DNA of 63,827 nt from Planctomycetota bacterium (GTDB lineage Bacteria; Planctomycetota; GCA-002687715; DRQF01): positions 1-63,827 of the forward strand of contig JALTLO010000133.1 in NCBI GenBank assembly GCA_027001995.1, given 5' to 3'. The position numbers and the translations under genes are program-made. Positions 47,724-56,881 of this stretch are shown piece by piece (position 1 is the first letter of the stretch; each line of letters opens with the position of its first letter). A model generated the notes under the pieces. The model was not told the origin of the DNA. It saw only the letters and a list, made by a program, of their open reading frames with translations, and searched no databases.

Positions 47724-47762
47724 AAAAAGGGGGCCAGAACATCCGTTCTCGCCCCTTTTTTT
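47724..47762 (+). terminator. Rho-independent terminator
   Basis: AAAAGGGGGC-CAGAAC-ATCC-GTTCT-C-GCCCC followed by T7. Confidence 0.75.
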
Positions 47763-47892
47763 GTGCCCCGATTGACATGAAAGTTGACCCACGTCTATGG
47801 GCCGGAAATTCGAGTCCCTTTTTTGGATTATGCGGTCCAAGGCAGAAACTGATGACGTCTATAAGGGCAGTTAGGATGCAAAAGGAAAAAGA

Positions 47893-48483
47893 ATGACCCC
47901 TGAAGAAGAGATGAAATTGGTGACCGGATGCCAAAGTGGCTCGGAGGAAGCATTCTGCGACCTTGTCCGCTTCATGGCTCCTCCGCTGATTCGTTTCTTG
48001 TACGCCTTCTTGAATGATATTGACGCCGCTGAAGAAGTGGCCCAATTGTCATTTCTCCGTGCACACAGAGGTATGGCCAGATTGAGAGAACCTCGTCGTT
48101 TTCGCGCGTGGCTTTGGCGCATCGCACGCTATGCTGCCCTGGATCGCATTCGGCAAGAAAATCGTCGAGGGCCTAAGCATGACAGTTTCAACGAAATAGG
48201 AGAGAGCTGGGCAGACGAAAACCTTGTACTTCCCGAAGAAGAACTCGTCCGCATGGACATGATTGAGACGACGCGCAAAGCGATAGATCAGTTGCCGCCT
48301 GAGATTGCCAAAGTATTGAGGTTACGCTATGAGAAGGAACTCACGTACAGAGAATTGGCAGAGGAGCTCGGACTCACTCTTTTCCAAGTCAAAGCGCGTT
48401 TGGCCCGAGCCCGCAACGAACTACGACCGAAACTGCTCAAAGCTGCGAGTGGATGGGAGCAATTCTGCGATGAACAATCCTGA
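47893..48483 (+). CDS. ECF-family sigma factor
   Basis: G.EEAF..L; AEEVAQ..FL; FRAWL.RIA...ALD.IR; LP...L.LRY...TY.ELA..LG...VKARLARAR. Confidence 0.93.
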   Translation: MTPEEEMKLVTGCQSGSEEAFCDLVRFMAPPLIRFLYAFLNDIDAAEEVAQLSFLRAHRGMARLREPRRFRAWLWRIARYAALDRIRQENRRGPKHDSFNEIGESWADENLVLPEEELVRMDMIETTRKAIDQLPPEIAKVLRLRYEKELTYRELAEELGLTLFQVKARLARARNELRPKLLKAASGWEQFCDEQS

Positions 48484-48721
48484 TGATGACGCTCTGTGGG
48501 ACTACATGGAAGGGTTATTGAGACCACGAGAGCACGCCATAATTGCCAAACGCATCCAAGAGGAGCCCGCATTGGAGCGCCGCTTGGAAGAACTGCGTGT
48601 CGTACATCAACTTATCGATCTTGCCAGTCCACCTTTGGATATCGACAAATCCATAGAGCGTGTGGTCTCCGGTATTCGAAAGAAACTGCAGAATCCAAAG
48701 AATCCAGAAACAGACACATAA
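48470..48721 (+). CDS. Putative soluble anti-sigma factor (ASD-like, no Zn ligands, no TM)
   Basis: Overlaps the ECF 3' end; L.DYMEG.L...E...I..RI..EP.....LEEL pattern. Confidence 0.6.
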   Translation: MNNPDDDALWDYMEGLLRPREHAIIAKRIQEEPALERRLEELRVVHQLIDLASPPLDIDKSIERVVSGIRKKLQNPKNPETDT

Positions 48722-48779
48722 TCCTCGTTGATCCACGGCGGATCAATCATCACCCGTGCGCCCTCCAATTAAAGGGTTC

Positions 48780-49553
48780 ATGATGAACTTTCTCAAAACT
48801 GTTTTGTGTCGCATTTGTGCGGCGGCACTCTTGTTTTCCATTTTTAACAATCCCGCATTGTCCCAAGATACACCGAAGAGCCTCATAAGTTTGGCACGCA
48901 AGCAAGCCGCGCTTGGGAAAGGACAAGCTCCAGAAGAGAAGATCGCGAGTTACAAGAAGGCAATCACCATGTACGGTGAGGTTGTGAGCAAATGGCCAGA
49001 GTCTACCACTTACGCTGGTAAGTCTCTCATTGAAGCGGCCGTCTTGGAAAAGCGATTGGGCAATCACAAAAGCGCCATCGCACTGTTGGAGAAGGTGGCC
49101 GAACTTGGTTCACCTTCGGATGTCCAGGCCGATGCCTATTTGGCTTTGGCATCCATCCATCGCAAACTGAAGTCCTCAGAGAAAGCGACAGCAGTACTCC
49201 TTGCTCTCCTGGAAAGGTGCAAGGATCGGGGCAAGGACTGCGCTCGCGCACGCCTGATCATGGGCAGTATGGCAAGAAGCGAGAAACGCTACTTGGATGC
49301 CATGCAACACGCTCGTGATGTGATGGAGAAGAATCCGACTTTTTGGCGTGAAAATGTCGATGCCGTCCAACTCTTCGTGTCTATTCTCATCAAGTGTCAC
49401 CGTTGGCAAGAAGCGTCAACAGAATTGGCTCGCCTAGAGGCGGAACTTCTGAAGCGCTTCGCTCAATCCGACCAGCTTGCTTCATTGGAAAAAGCGCTTA
49501 AGAAATTGCCAGCAAGACGCATCTTAACTCCGTCCCCTGTCACCAACGGTTAG
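48780..49553 (+). CDS. Exported TPR-like protein
   Basis: Signal peptide; helical repeats (KAI..Y..V...WP; A.AYL.LA). Confidence 0.75.
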   Translation: MMNFLKTVLCRICAAALLFSIFNNPALSQDTPKSLISLARKQAALGKGQAPEEKIASYKKAITMYGEVVSKWPESTTYAGKSLIEAAVLEKRLGNHKSAIALLEKVAELGSPSDVQADAYLALASIHRKLKSSEKATAVLLALLERCKDRGKDCARARLIMGSMARSEKRYLDAMQHARDVMEKNPTFWRENVDAVQLFVSILIKCHRWQEASTELARLEAELLKRFAQSDQLASLEKALKKLPARRILTPSPVTNG

Positions 49554-49565
49554 CCGAGCTCGAAA

Positions 49566-49602
49566 AACGAAAGCGATGAGTCCAAGATTCATCGCTTTCG
49601 TT
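49566..49602. terminator. Bidirectional terminator between convergent genes
   Basis: AACGAAAGCGATGAG-N7-TTCATCGCTTTCGTT flanked by A and T runs. Confidence 0.75.
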
Positions 49603-49639
49603 GTTTCATTATTCTCTTTGGGAACTCAAGGAGAGGGAA

Positions 49640-50938
49640 TCAGACTCCGATGCCATAATAAGTGAGGCCGTTGGCTTCCACTTCCTTGCGATCAAAGATG
49701 TTTCGACCGTCAAAGATGACCTTGTCAGCAAGTTTTTGACAAAGAGAGGGGAAACTGGGACTGCGGTATTCGTTCCATTCAGTGACAACCATCAAAGCGT
49801 CGCAACCGTCCAAAGCATCTTTTGGGTTGTCGAAGTATTCAATCGTTTCACCCAGAATGCGTTTGGTTGAATCGATGGCAGCGGGGTCATTCGCTTTGAC
49901 TTTAGCTCCGGCGGAGAGAAGGCTCTTGATCAAGACAATGCTGGGTGCTTCCCGCATGTCGTCCGTCTTCGGCTTGAATGCAAGCCCCCAAAGACAAAAC
50001 GTTTTGCCCGCGAGATCACCCTCGTAGTGCTTGTGCGCCAACTCGAACAATAGTTTCTTTTGTTGTTCGTTGACCTGCTCCACAGCTTCTAAAATGCGGA
50101 AATCATAGCCCACTTCCGCAGCGGTACGGGTGACGGCCTTCACATCTTTCGGGAAACAAGATCCACCATAACCGACTCCTGGAAACAAGAATGAAGACCC
50201 GATCCTGGAGTCCGACCCCATGCCACGACGCACATCTTCAGCGTTGGCCCCAAGTAGGTCGCAGAGACGAGCCACTTCGTTCATAAAGGAAATTCTTGTG
50301 GCGAGCATGGCGTTGGAAGCATACTTAGTCAATTCTGCGGACGGGATGTCCATGAAAATGACAGGCTTCCCAGTGCGAGTGAAGGGGCGATAAAGTTGCT
50401 CCATCGTTTGTTTGGCCCGTTCATCGTCACAGCCGATCACCACACGATCTGGTTTCAAGAAGTCATCAATAGCAGCGCCTTCTTTCAAGAACTCGGGATT
50501 CGACACAACGGCAAATTCCGTGTCAGTTTGGCTCTTGATGGCAGCCCGTACTTTCTCAGCGGTCCCTACGGGTACTGTGCTTTTGTCTACGACCACCTTG
50601 AAGGAATTCATGTTACGTCCGATGCCCTCGGCGACAGCTAGGACGTACTGCAAATCTGCAGAACCATCCTCCCCCTCGGGGGTGCCAACGGCGATAAAGA
50701 CAATCTCTGAATCCTGAACAGCTTTATCTGTATCCGTGGTGAAGGAAAGGCGGGACTCATCCATGTTGTGCTTAATCATGGAATCCAAGCCAGGCTCGTA
50801 GATGGGGACTTCACCCCGATTCAAAGCGGCTATTTTTTCTTCGTTTACGTCGGCACAAATGACTTCATTGCCGGTATCAGCAAAACATGTACCTACGACA
50901 AGGCCAACATAGCCTGTGCCAATGACTCCGATGCGCAT
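49640..50938 (-). CDS. ugd: UDP-glucose 6-dehydrogenase
   Basis: GTGYVG; PIYEPGL; KSTVP; SNPEFLKEG; GYGGSCFPKD; FKP.TDD.RE; DGRN. Confidence 0.96.
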   Translation of the reverse strand: MRIGVIGTGYVGLVVGTCFADTGNEVICADVNEEKIAALNRGEVPIYEPGLDSMIKHNMDESRLSFTTDTDKAVQDSEIVFIAVGTPEGEDGSADLQYVLAVAEGIGRNMNSFKVVVDKSTVPVGTAEKVRAAIKSQTDTEFAVVSNPEFLKEGAAIDDFLKPDRVVIGCDDERAKQTMEQLYRPFTRTGKPVIFMDIPSAELTKYASNAMLATRISFMNEVARLCDLLGANAEDVRRGMGSDSRIGSSFLFPGVGYGGSCFPKDVKAVTRTAAEVGYDFRILEAVEQVNEQQKKLLFELAHKHYEGDLAGKTFCLWGLAFKPKTDDMREAPSIVLIKSLLSAGAKVKANDPAAIDSTKRILGETIEYFDNPKDALDGCDALMVVTEWNEYRSPSFPSLCQKLADKVIFDGRNIFDRKEVEANGLTYYGIGV

Positions 50939-51115
50939 GAATGGACTCCGATTATCAAAACGGCGGAAGACTTATTTCTAACAGTTGAGGCCCCATCCGC
51001 AAAGATTAGACCTTTATCAACTTCGCCTTTGATTTCTTGAACGAAACTGGGTAAAAACCCTTCAGGAAATCTGCCAAGTCTACTTGGCTGCTTTCCTATC
51101 GGTTCAAAACACATC

Positions 51116-51189
51116 GGGCGATTAGCTCAGCTGGTTAGAGCGTCTCGTTTACACCGAGGATGTCGCAGGTTCGAATCCTGCATCGCCCA
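51116..51189 (+). tRNA. tRNA-Val (anticodon TAC), CCA not encoded
   Basis: GGGCGAT/ATCGCCC acceptor stem; AGCTCAG..GG D arm; CTCG-TTTACAC-CGAG anticodon arm; GGTTCGAATCC T arm. Confidence 0.97.
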
Positions 51190-51221
51190 CTCAAATGCCC
51201 CTCAAAGCTGCAAGAGCGCCA

Positions 51222-53684
51222 TTATCGGCGCTCTTGTTCTTTTTCCAAGCTCCAGTCGCGATAATGATAGGGATTGCCATAACGATCCCGCCCCCGCCAT
51301 AAGAAGTGATCTAAATGAAGGCGCAAGTCAGCAGCCACCCCTGGCTTATCTCGTAACAAGTTGTTCGTTTCCTTCGGATCGGCCCAAAGATCGAAGAGAG
51401 CTTCGTAACCGTTCGAACGATAATGATGCAGTTTGTATTGTCCGCTCGGACTCAGGACTGCATATCCATCGCGAAACGCGCAAAATGAAACAAGAGCGCG
51501 AGGCTGATTAGGGCCAGGATTTCCCCTTAGGATATCGGCAAAACTCACCCCATCCATCTCTGGACGAGGGGCTCCAACCAAATCCAGCAATGTCGGGGCA
51601 ATGTCGATGTTGGCAGTCATCTTTTTCGACCGTCCTGAACGATTCCCCGGAAACTTCACAATCAATGGAATTCGCACTTGCTCTTCATAGGGCAAGAAAC
51701 CGCCGAAACGTCCATGCTCACCCAAACCAGTGCCATGGTCTGCGGTCACGATAATGATGGCATCATCGTAGACTCCTCGCTTCTTGAGTCTTGCGACAAG
51801 TTTCCCTAGGAGGGCATCGACTTTGGCAATCTCGGCATCATACTTATCTGATATCGAATTGCCGAATTCGCGCACAGGGTTTTTGGCTAACCAAGGTGTA
51901 TGTGTTCCGGTCAAATGCAGATAGTGAAAATTCCCTTCAAGGGTAGGATTATCCTCGAAGGCCGTATTCAGGTATGCGAAAAGGGCTTCTGTCTTGGGAA
52001 TGTCTGGCTTCAACTCGTCGGTGTTTGAAAAATCGCGAAAATGAAAGTTGGACTTGGGGGGGGCCTGTACCCAAGACCGTTGGAACGCTTCAGCACTCAC
52101 CCCATTGTAGTCGTTGCCAGTCACAGTCACGAAGAAATTCGAATAACCATGCTTGGCAAGATGGCAGACGAAAAATGGTTGGTGTTTCTCAGACATCATG
52201 AAACGAGTGGAGTATGAACCCGTCATCATGTTTCGGATGCCCAAGGTGGTGGCTGTGGCGGTACTGCGTGCGGCCTCCATCACATAACCATCGCGACTCA
52301 ACGCCAATAAATTCGGTGATGTATCGTTCTTGTAACCATAGGGCGTCAGGTGATCGGGGCGGGCCGCATCCCAGATAATCAAGAATATTGGGGGATATGA
52401 CTTGGCCACAACTTGGCTTTGACTTGAGGTCTCAGGGGGAAACGGGTCTGAAGCTTCAGGAGGGTGGAAGCCGACGATAGTTTGATCATCGAACCACTGG
52501 CTCCAAGGGGCCGAAGCTCCCAGCGCGCAAAATCGGGAATACTCGAATGCGATCAAACGAACGTCCGGACGTTGCATGTGGACAAAGGAAGCATAGAGGC
52601 CAACAAACGTCAGGATCAGGGACATCACCATGGAGGAACGGCCTGAAACAATTTTTCCGAGGGGAACCAGAAGTGCCGCGCCGATGAGAACGGCCAATTG
52701 AGCGAAGGTGTCAAAGAGCTTGATACGATAATCTTCGACAACCGGATACAGCAGGAAACGAAAACTCAGGAAGGACAGCAGAAGGAAGAATGACATGACC
52801 GCTTGAGAACGAAGAGTGGGAGTGACAAACAACTGGCCGAGCAAATGTGCAATCCCTCGAAACCGCCCTTGTTCTTTCCGGGCCTTCGAGACGCGGGGGG
52901 CCAACATCAAAGCGGCCGCGAGAATGAGGCTTAGGAGCAATGTCAGCACTGATCCCTCAGGGGAGAACATACCATCCAAACCCAAAATCTCGTCTTTCAT
53001 CGTTTGCCAGAAAAGTTGGAACACTCCAAAGGCAAGGGCCAAACTCACCACAAGATCAAAGAGTCCCGACCGTTTGGGAGCGATTTTCCTGAGAACAAAG
53101 CTGAACACAAAGGCAATCACGGTCAATCGGAGAAAGACCATCAGGACTTTCAGGGCGGACATGGTGGCGAAACCTGCCAATGACAAGGCATAGGGAAGCC
53201 GAAGTTCCTCCTTTACGATTCCTGAGTCGAAGAATCGGCCACTAAAAAAGACAAGTTCACCGAAACCAAGCAAGAGCGTGATGAAAAGGAGAGGTAGCCA
53301 AACATGGGCCAAATCTTTGAGAACAATTTTCGGGCTCCATACCGGCCAAGATGAGTCGCTTCCTTTGGCACTCTCGGAACCAAGAAGAACAATCCCCTTG
53401 CCAAAGAGCAAGAGAATACCAAGCAAAGCAAGGTATTCAGAGATAACACCAAGGATGATGAGCGCGATGGCAAGAACGTCAATACGTCCAAGGATCTTCT
53501 TGAAATCAGTTTTAGAAATGTGAAAGAGGAATAGGGCTAAAGACACAATCTGCAAGGGGAGCAACAACAAGTAGCCAAAATAGGCTGGGCGGAATTCGTC
53601 TGCGGGAACGGCTCCACTCATCTCCAAGCGCCGCAGGAAAAGAGTGACAAGCCAAATCAGGCTCCCCATGAGCATTGGATTCAT
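51222..53684 (-). CDS. Polytopic membrane protein with a C-terminal sulfatase/LtaS-like alkaline phosphatase domain
   Basis: Multiple TMs; IWDAARPDHL; T-T at the nucleophile position; HTPW; YDAEI..VD; TADHG; IDIAPTLL; LFDL.ADP.E. Confidence 0.85.
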   Translation of the reverse strand: MNPMLMGSLIWLVTLFLRRLEMSGAVPADEFRPAYFGYLLLLPLQIVSLALFLFHISKTDFKKILGRIDVLAIALIILGVISEYLALLGILLLFGKGIVLLGSESAKGSDSSWPVWSPKIVLKDLAHVWLPLLFITLLLGFGELVFFSGRFFDSGIVKEELRLPYALSLAGFATMSALKVLMVFLRLTVIAFVFSFVLRKIAPKRSGLFDLVVSLALAFGVFQLFWQTMKDEILGLDGMFSPEGSVLTLLLSLILAAALMLAPRVSKARKEQGRFRGIAHLLGQLFVTPTLRSQAVMSFFLLLSFLSFRFLLYPVVEDYRIKLFDTFAQLAVLIGAALLVPLGKIVSGRSSMVMSLILTFVGLYASFVHMQRPDVRLIAFEYSRFCALGASAPWSQWFDDQTIVGFHPPEASDPFPPETSSQSQVVAKSYPPIFLIIWDAARPDHLTPYGYKNDTSPNLLALSRDGYVMEAARSTATATTLGIRNMMTGSYSTRFMMSEKHQPFFVCHLAKHGYSNFFVTVTGNDYNGVSAEAFQRSWVQAPPKSNFHFRDFSNTDELKPDIPKTEALFAYLNTAFEDNPTLEGNFHYLHLTGTHTPWLAKNPVREFGNSISDKYDAEIAKVDALLGKLVARLKKRGVYDDAIIIVTADHGTGLGEHGRFGGFLPYEEQVRIPLIVKFPGNRSGRSKKMTANIDIAPTLLDLVGAPRPEMDGVSFADILRGNPGPNQPRALVSFCAFRDGYAVLSPSGQYKLHHYRSNGYEALFDLWADPKETNNLLRDKPGVAADLRLHLDHFLWRGRDRYGNPYHYRDWSLEKEQERR

Positions 53685-54427
53685 CGGCCTTGGACCTCGA
53701 CATCATTGAGCTTCTCCAGCCACAAAAGGGTGGCTCCACAGACGGCAGCAGGGACAGTGAGAACGTTAAGAACCGGGATCATAGCGAAAGCAAAAGTTGC
53801 TGAACCGAAACCAAATGATGCCATCCGTTGCCTTGCGAGTCTTGTTCTCATTTCTTGGAATTTGAGTCCATGGTTATCCATCGGGTAATCAGTGAACTCC
53901 AACGCCATCATCCATGCGCTAAAAGCGCCCCAAATGAATGGAGCTGCCGGAAGAAGCAGGAGACAAAGTATCAACACGGGGATCATCCAAAAAAGATAAT
54001 AGAGTACTTTCTTCGTTTCCTGAAAAAGTACCCCGGGGAGACTCTTCAATACTTTCGTCCATGGTTGCCCGGGAATTTTTTTTCCCGTTCGATACTCCTC
54101 TGCTGCTTCCGCCAAGATGGCATTGAAGGGACAAGCTAGGAGCGCTGAGACAAGTACGAAAACATAGGCAACCCCCATGATTGTCACGAGTGACAAGAGG
54201 ATCCACGTCGCCGTCCCGAACCAGCTAAGAAAACTGAAGTGCTCGTCAATCCAAAGTTGGGTGCTTTGGACGGATGGCTCCAAGTAGAGATATCCCCAAT
54301 ACCCCATGCCGCCGAAGATAAGCAAAGAAATAAAAATCGGTATGAACGCCCAAAATCGAACTTTCTTGTGGCGAAGCATGGCTAATCCTTGCAGGAAGAA
54401 TCCAATGCCTCTCAAGAAACTTGTCAT
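53681..54427 (-). CDS. cysZ: CysZ/EI24-family membrane protein
   Basis: IP..I.LL; PFN..LAE..E; EF.DYP.DNH; GFG; IPVLN..PAAV.GAT..W. Confidence 0.82.
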   Translation of the reverse strand: MTSFLRGIGFFLQGLAMLRHKKVRFWAFIPIFISLLIFGGMGYWGYLYLEPSVQSTQLWIDEHFSFLSWFGTATWILLSLVTIMGVAYVFVLVSALLACPFNAILAEAAEEYRTGKKIPGQPWTKVLKSLPGVLFQETKKVLYYLFWMIPVLILCLLLLPAAPFIWGAFSAWMMALEFTDYPMDNHGLKFQEMRTRLARQRMASFGFGSATFAFAMIPVLNVLTVPAAVCGATLLWLEKLNDVEVQGR

Positions 54428-55617
54428 CGTGTTCGTGCTAATCCCAATTTCGACCCAAAAGTGGCCTCAAGGTGCTTGGCTCGGATTCCGAGAGAACCTT
54501 CCAATACTTCGTGGTAAACCGTACGGAAATCCACCTTTGGCCGCAAATCCCCGTCCAGAAGATTGTCGAGATCCATATTTCCCCCGAATACACCTCCTTT
54601 GAGCCAACTCCCCAATACGAGAACGCTTCCTCCTGCCCCATGATCGGTGCCCTTACTGGCATTCTCTTGTACCCGCCTGCCAAACTCCGAATAGACCAAG
54701 ATTGTTGTGGAACCGAATTTCTTGTGATCGAGAGCTTTCATGATCTGTCCGAGCCCCCGGTCAAGGGATGCCAGAAGAGCAGGTTGACTGGAGCGCTGGG
54801 CTGAGTGGGTATCGAATCCCGTGATTCTTGTGAACAACACCTGATCACCTGGGGATGCCTTGGCCAGTAGGGACACAAGAGCCATCTGTTTTCCGAAGGC
54901 ATCCTGAGAAAAGGCCTTGTCCGTCCGGACTTTTTTGCCCTCCAATTTCTCCGAAGAACTCAGTGCTTCTTCTGTACTCCGCAAGAGGAAATCGATGTCA
55001 GAGTCCTTTTTCCTTTTCTGGCCGACGAGAGCTCTCAGCAGCGTTCGCGAGTCCTTTTCCCCAGAGAACTTCAAATCCCTGGGATCGCGCATACTCAGGA
55101 CGGGGTGAGGTGAACCAGCAAAGCAAAGAGGCATGGGGCCATCAGCCAAATGAAAAAGGGAGAGCGAAGAAGAACCACGTTTTTGGGCTTGGTCGCTCAA
55201 CGCCTTTCCCAACCAACCCACATTCAACTTCTTTTCATCGGTTCCACCGCTATGCCAGAAGTCCATAGAAAGGAAATGGGACCGATTCGGATGTTGGTAA
55301 CCCACATGATTGATGACGGCCAATTGTTTCTTCTTTAGAAGAGAGGAGCATGAAGGCATGTTGGGATGAAATCCCAGTGACTGAGAGAGGGGAAGAAGCT
55401 GTTGATCGGGAAGAGCGAGGGTGGGGCGCAATTTGTGGAGGAGAGGACTTTTCTTGGGGACGATCATGCTCAATGAGTCGTTTCCCCCGGTCAGCTCAAC
55501 CAGAATAAGACGCCGCGATGGTGCCAAAGATTCAGAACCAAAAAACCGACCGGCAGGGGCGAGTCCAAAGGCGAGAGCCATGGCCGCATTTGATCGCAAA
55601 AAGTCACGTCGTTCCAT
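54424..55617 (-). CDS. DUF1501 family protein (Tat signal)
   Basis: ERRDFL; L.GGND.L; NRSHF; GFDTH; SEFGRR..EN...GTDHG; VDFR.VY. Confidence 0.9.
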   Translation of the reverse strand: MERRDFLRSNAAMALAFGLAPAGRFFGSESLAPSRRLILVELTGGNDSLSMIVPKKSPLLHKLRPTLALPDQQLLPLSQSLGFHPNMPSCSSLLKKKQLAVINHVGYQHPNRSHFLSMDFWHSGGTDEKKLNVGWLGKALSDQAQKRGSSSLSLFHLADGPMPLCFAGSPHPVLSMRDPRDLKFSGEKDSRTLLRALVGQKRKKDSDIDFLLRSTEEALSSSEKLEGKKVRTDKAFSQDAFGKQMALVSLLAKASPGDQVLFTRITGFDTHSAQRSSQPALLASLDRGLGQIMKALDHKKFGSTTILVYSEFGRRVQENASKGTDHGAGGSVLVLGSWLKGGVFGGNMDLDNLLDGDLRPKVDFRTVYHEVLEGSLGIRAKHLEATFGSKLGLARTR

Positions 55618-55630
55618 GAAATCGATCCTT

Positions 55631-56881
55631 TCACCCCAATTGGGCTTGGGGTTGAGACAAAATTGTTTCCAACAGGTTGGTCTCTTCAAGAGAACTCACT
55701 TCTGCGCCCAACAGGCAAAACGCAAAGGTCGGCTGAGTCTTACCGGAGGGCAGTGCAAAGCGACACTTGAGAGGACCAGTCGCCCCCGCTACAACTTGGT
55801 GAACAAAGCGATGACGAGCAACGATGGTGGTGGAATTGATCCAGCTTCGACCTTCGGGCCAACCGTCTACTCCTGGTGGATCGAAAATAGACTGACCCAT
55901 CTTGTCGCAAAGCCGCGCCAATTGGGTGCCGGAAAATCGAGCCTCCAGAGATCTCAAGACGCCTAAGACAAATTCAACCGGGCTTTTAATTCGACCGACT
56001 CGAAATCTGTCATCAAAGAACAAACGAGACGAAAGGAATCGCTTCAAGATCTCCCTGAAACAAAAGTTCTCCTGTCGTATGACCCTGGCCAGGTCATCGA
56101 TTTCATTGTCCTTTGGCAGAGATCCCAAGAAGTAGAAACACAGCTTTCTCGCCAAATACTGGGAACAGGATTTCTGCTTCACAAGGATCTCAAGAACGTC
56201 ATCGCCATCGAAATTCCCCACTTTTCCCAGGATTCTCTTGTTCCCAGTATCCTGGGCCTGTTTATCGAGATAGAAACTTCCTTGAGCAAGACGCCAACCA
56301 GCGAATGCACGAGCGGCTTCTTTGACATCGTTCTCCGAATAATGCCCTTCACCCAGAGTAAATAGCTCCATCACTTCCCGGGCAAAATTCTCATTAGGTT
56401 TCTCCTTCGAACTCTTTGCTCCGTCCAAGAACACCAGCATGGCTGGGTCCCTTGCCACCTTTGCCAACAAGTGTTGGAAAGAGCCTAACCCCAACTCTAA
56501 AAAAAGATTCATTTGGTTGTTCATGGCCACAAGGTCGTTGACCTTGCGATTCCCACAAGCAAAGTGATCGTGCCAAAATAGAGCCATCTTGAACGACAGA
56601 GGATGGGTGGTGCGGGCAGCCTGCAGAAGAAAAGTCCCTTGCAGTGAAGTGAGGTCATTTCTCAAGGCAACTCGATGGGCCCGTGGACCTAAGCTTGGAG
56701 CCCTCACAGTCTTACCACTTGAGCCCAGCATTTGTTCAACGGAGGCTTTCAGGCCCTGTGACTGAAAATCGATCGTGCGATTCATTGGCGCAGCGAACTC
56801 TCCTCGACACAAAAGATGACGGGCTTCTTCGAGGCGGAAGGCACCGGAGTAAGTGGACATGCTGTTCTTTTCGGATCTCAT
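55631..56881 (-). CDS. DUF1800 family protein
   Basis: FWHDHFA; PAML.FLD; PNENFAREVMELFTLG; YSE.DV.E.ARA..GW; KSP.E; PP.V.GW. Confidence 0.92.
   Translation of the reverse strand: MRSEKNSMSTYSGAFRLEEARHLLCRGEFAAPMNRTIDFQSQGLKASVEQMLGSSGKTVRAPSLGPRAHRVALRNDLTSLQGTFLLQAARTTHPLSFKMALFWHDHFACGNRKVNDLVAMNNQMNLFLELGLGSFQHLLAKVARDPAMLVFLDGAKSSKEKPNENFAREVMELFTLGEGHYSENDVKEAARAFAGWRLAQGSFYLDKQAQDTGNKRILGKVGNFDGDDVLEILVKQKSCSQYLARKLCFYFLGSLPKDNEIDDLARVIRQENFCFREILKRFLSSRLFFDDRFRVGRIKSPVEFVLGVLRSLEARFSGTQLARLCDKMGQSIFDPPGVDGWPEGRSWINSTTIVARHRFVHQVVAGATGPLKCRFALPSGKTQPTFAFCLLGAEVSSLEETNLLETILSQPQAQLG

Noticed and set aside
51116..51221. tRNA-Val as an island integration site
   Set aside because: No integrase, no duplicated tRNA 3' end noticed, and no obvious compositional shift.
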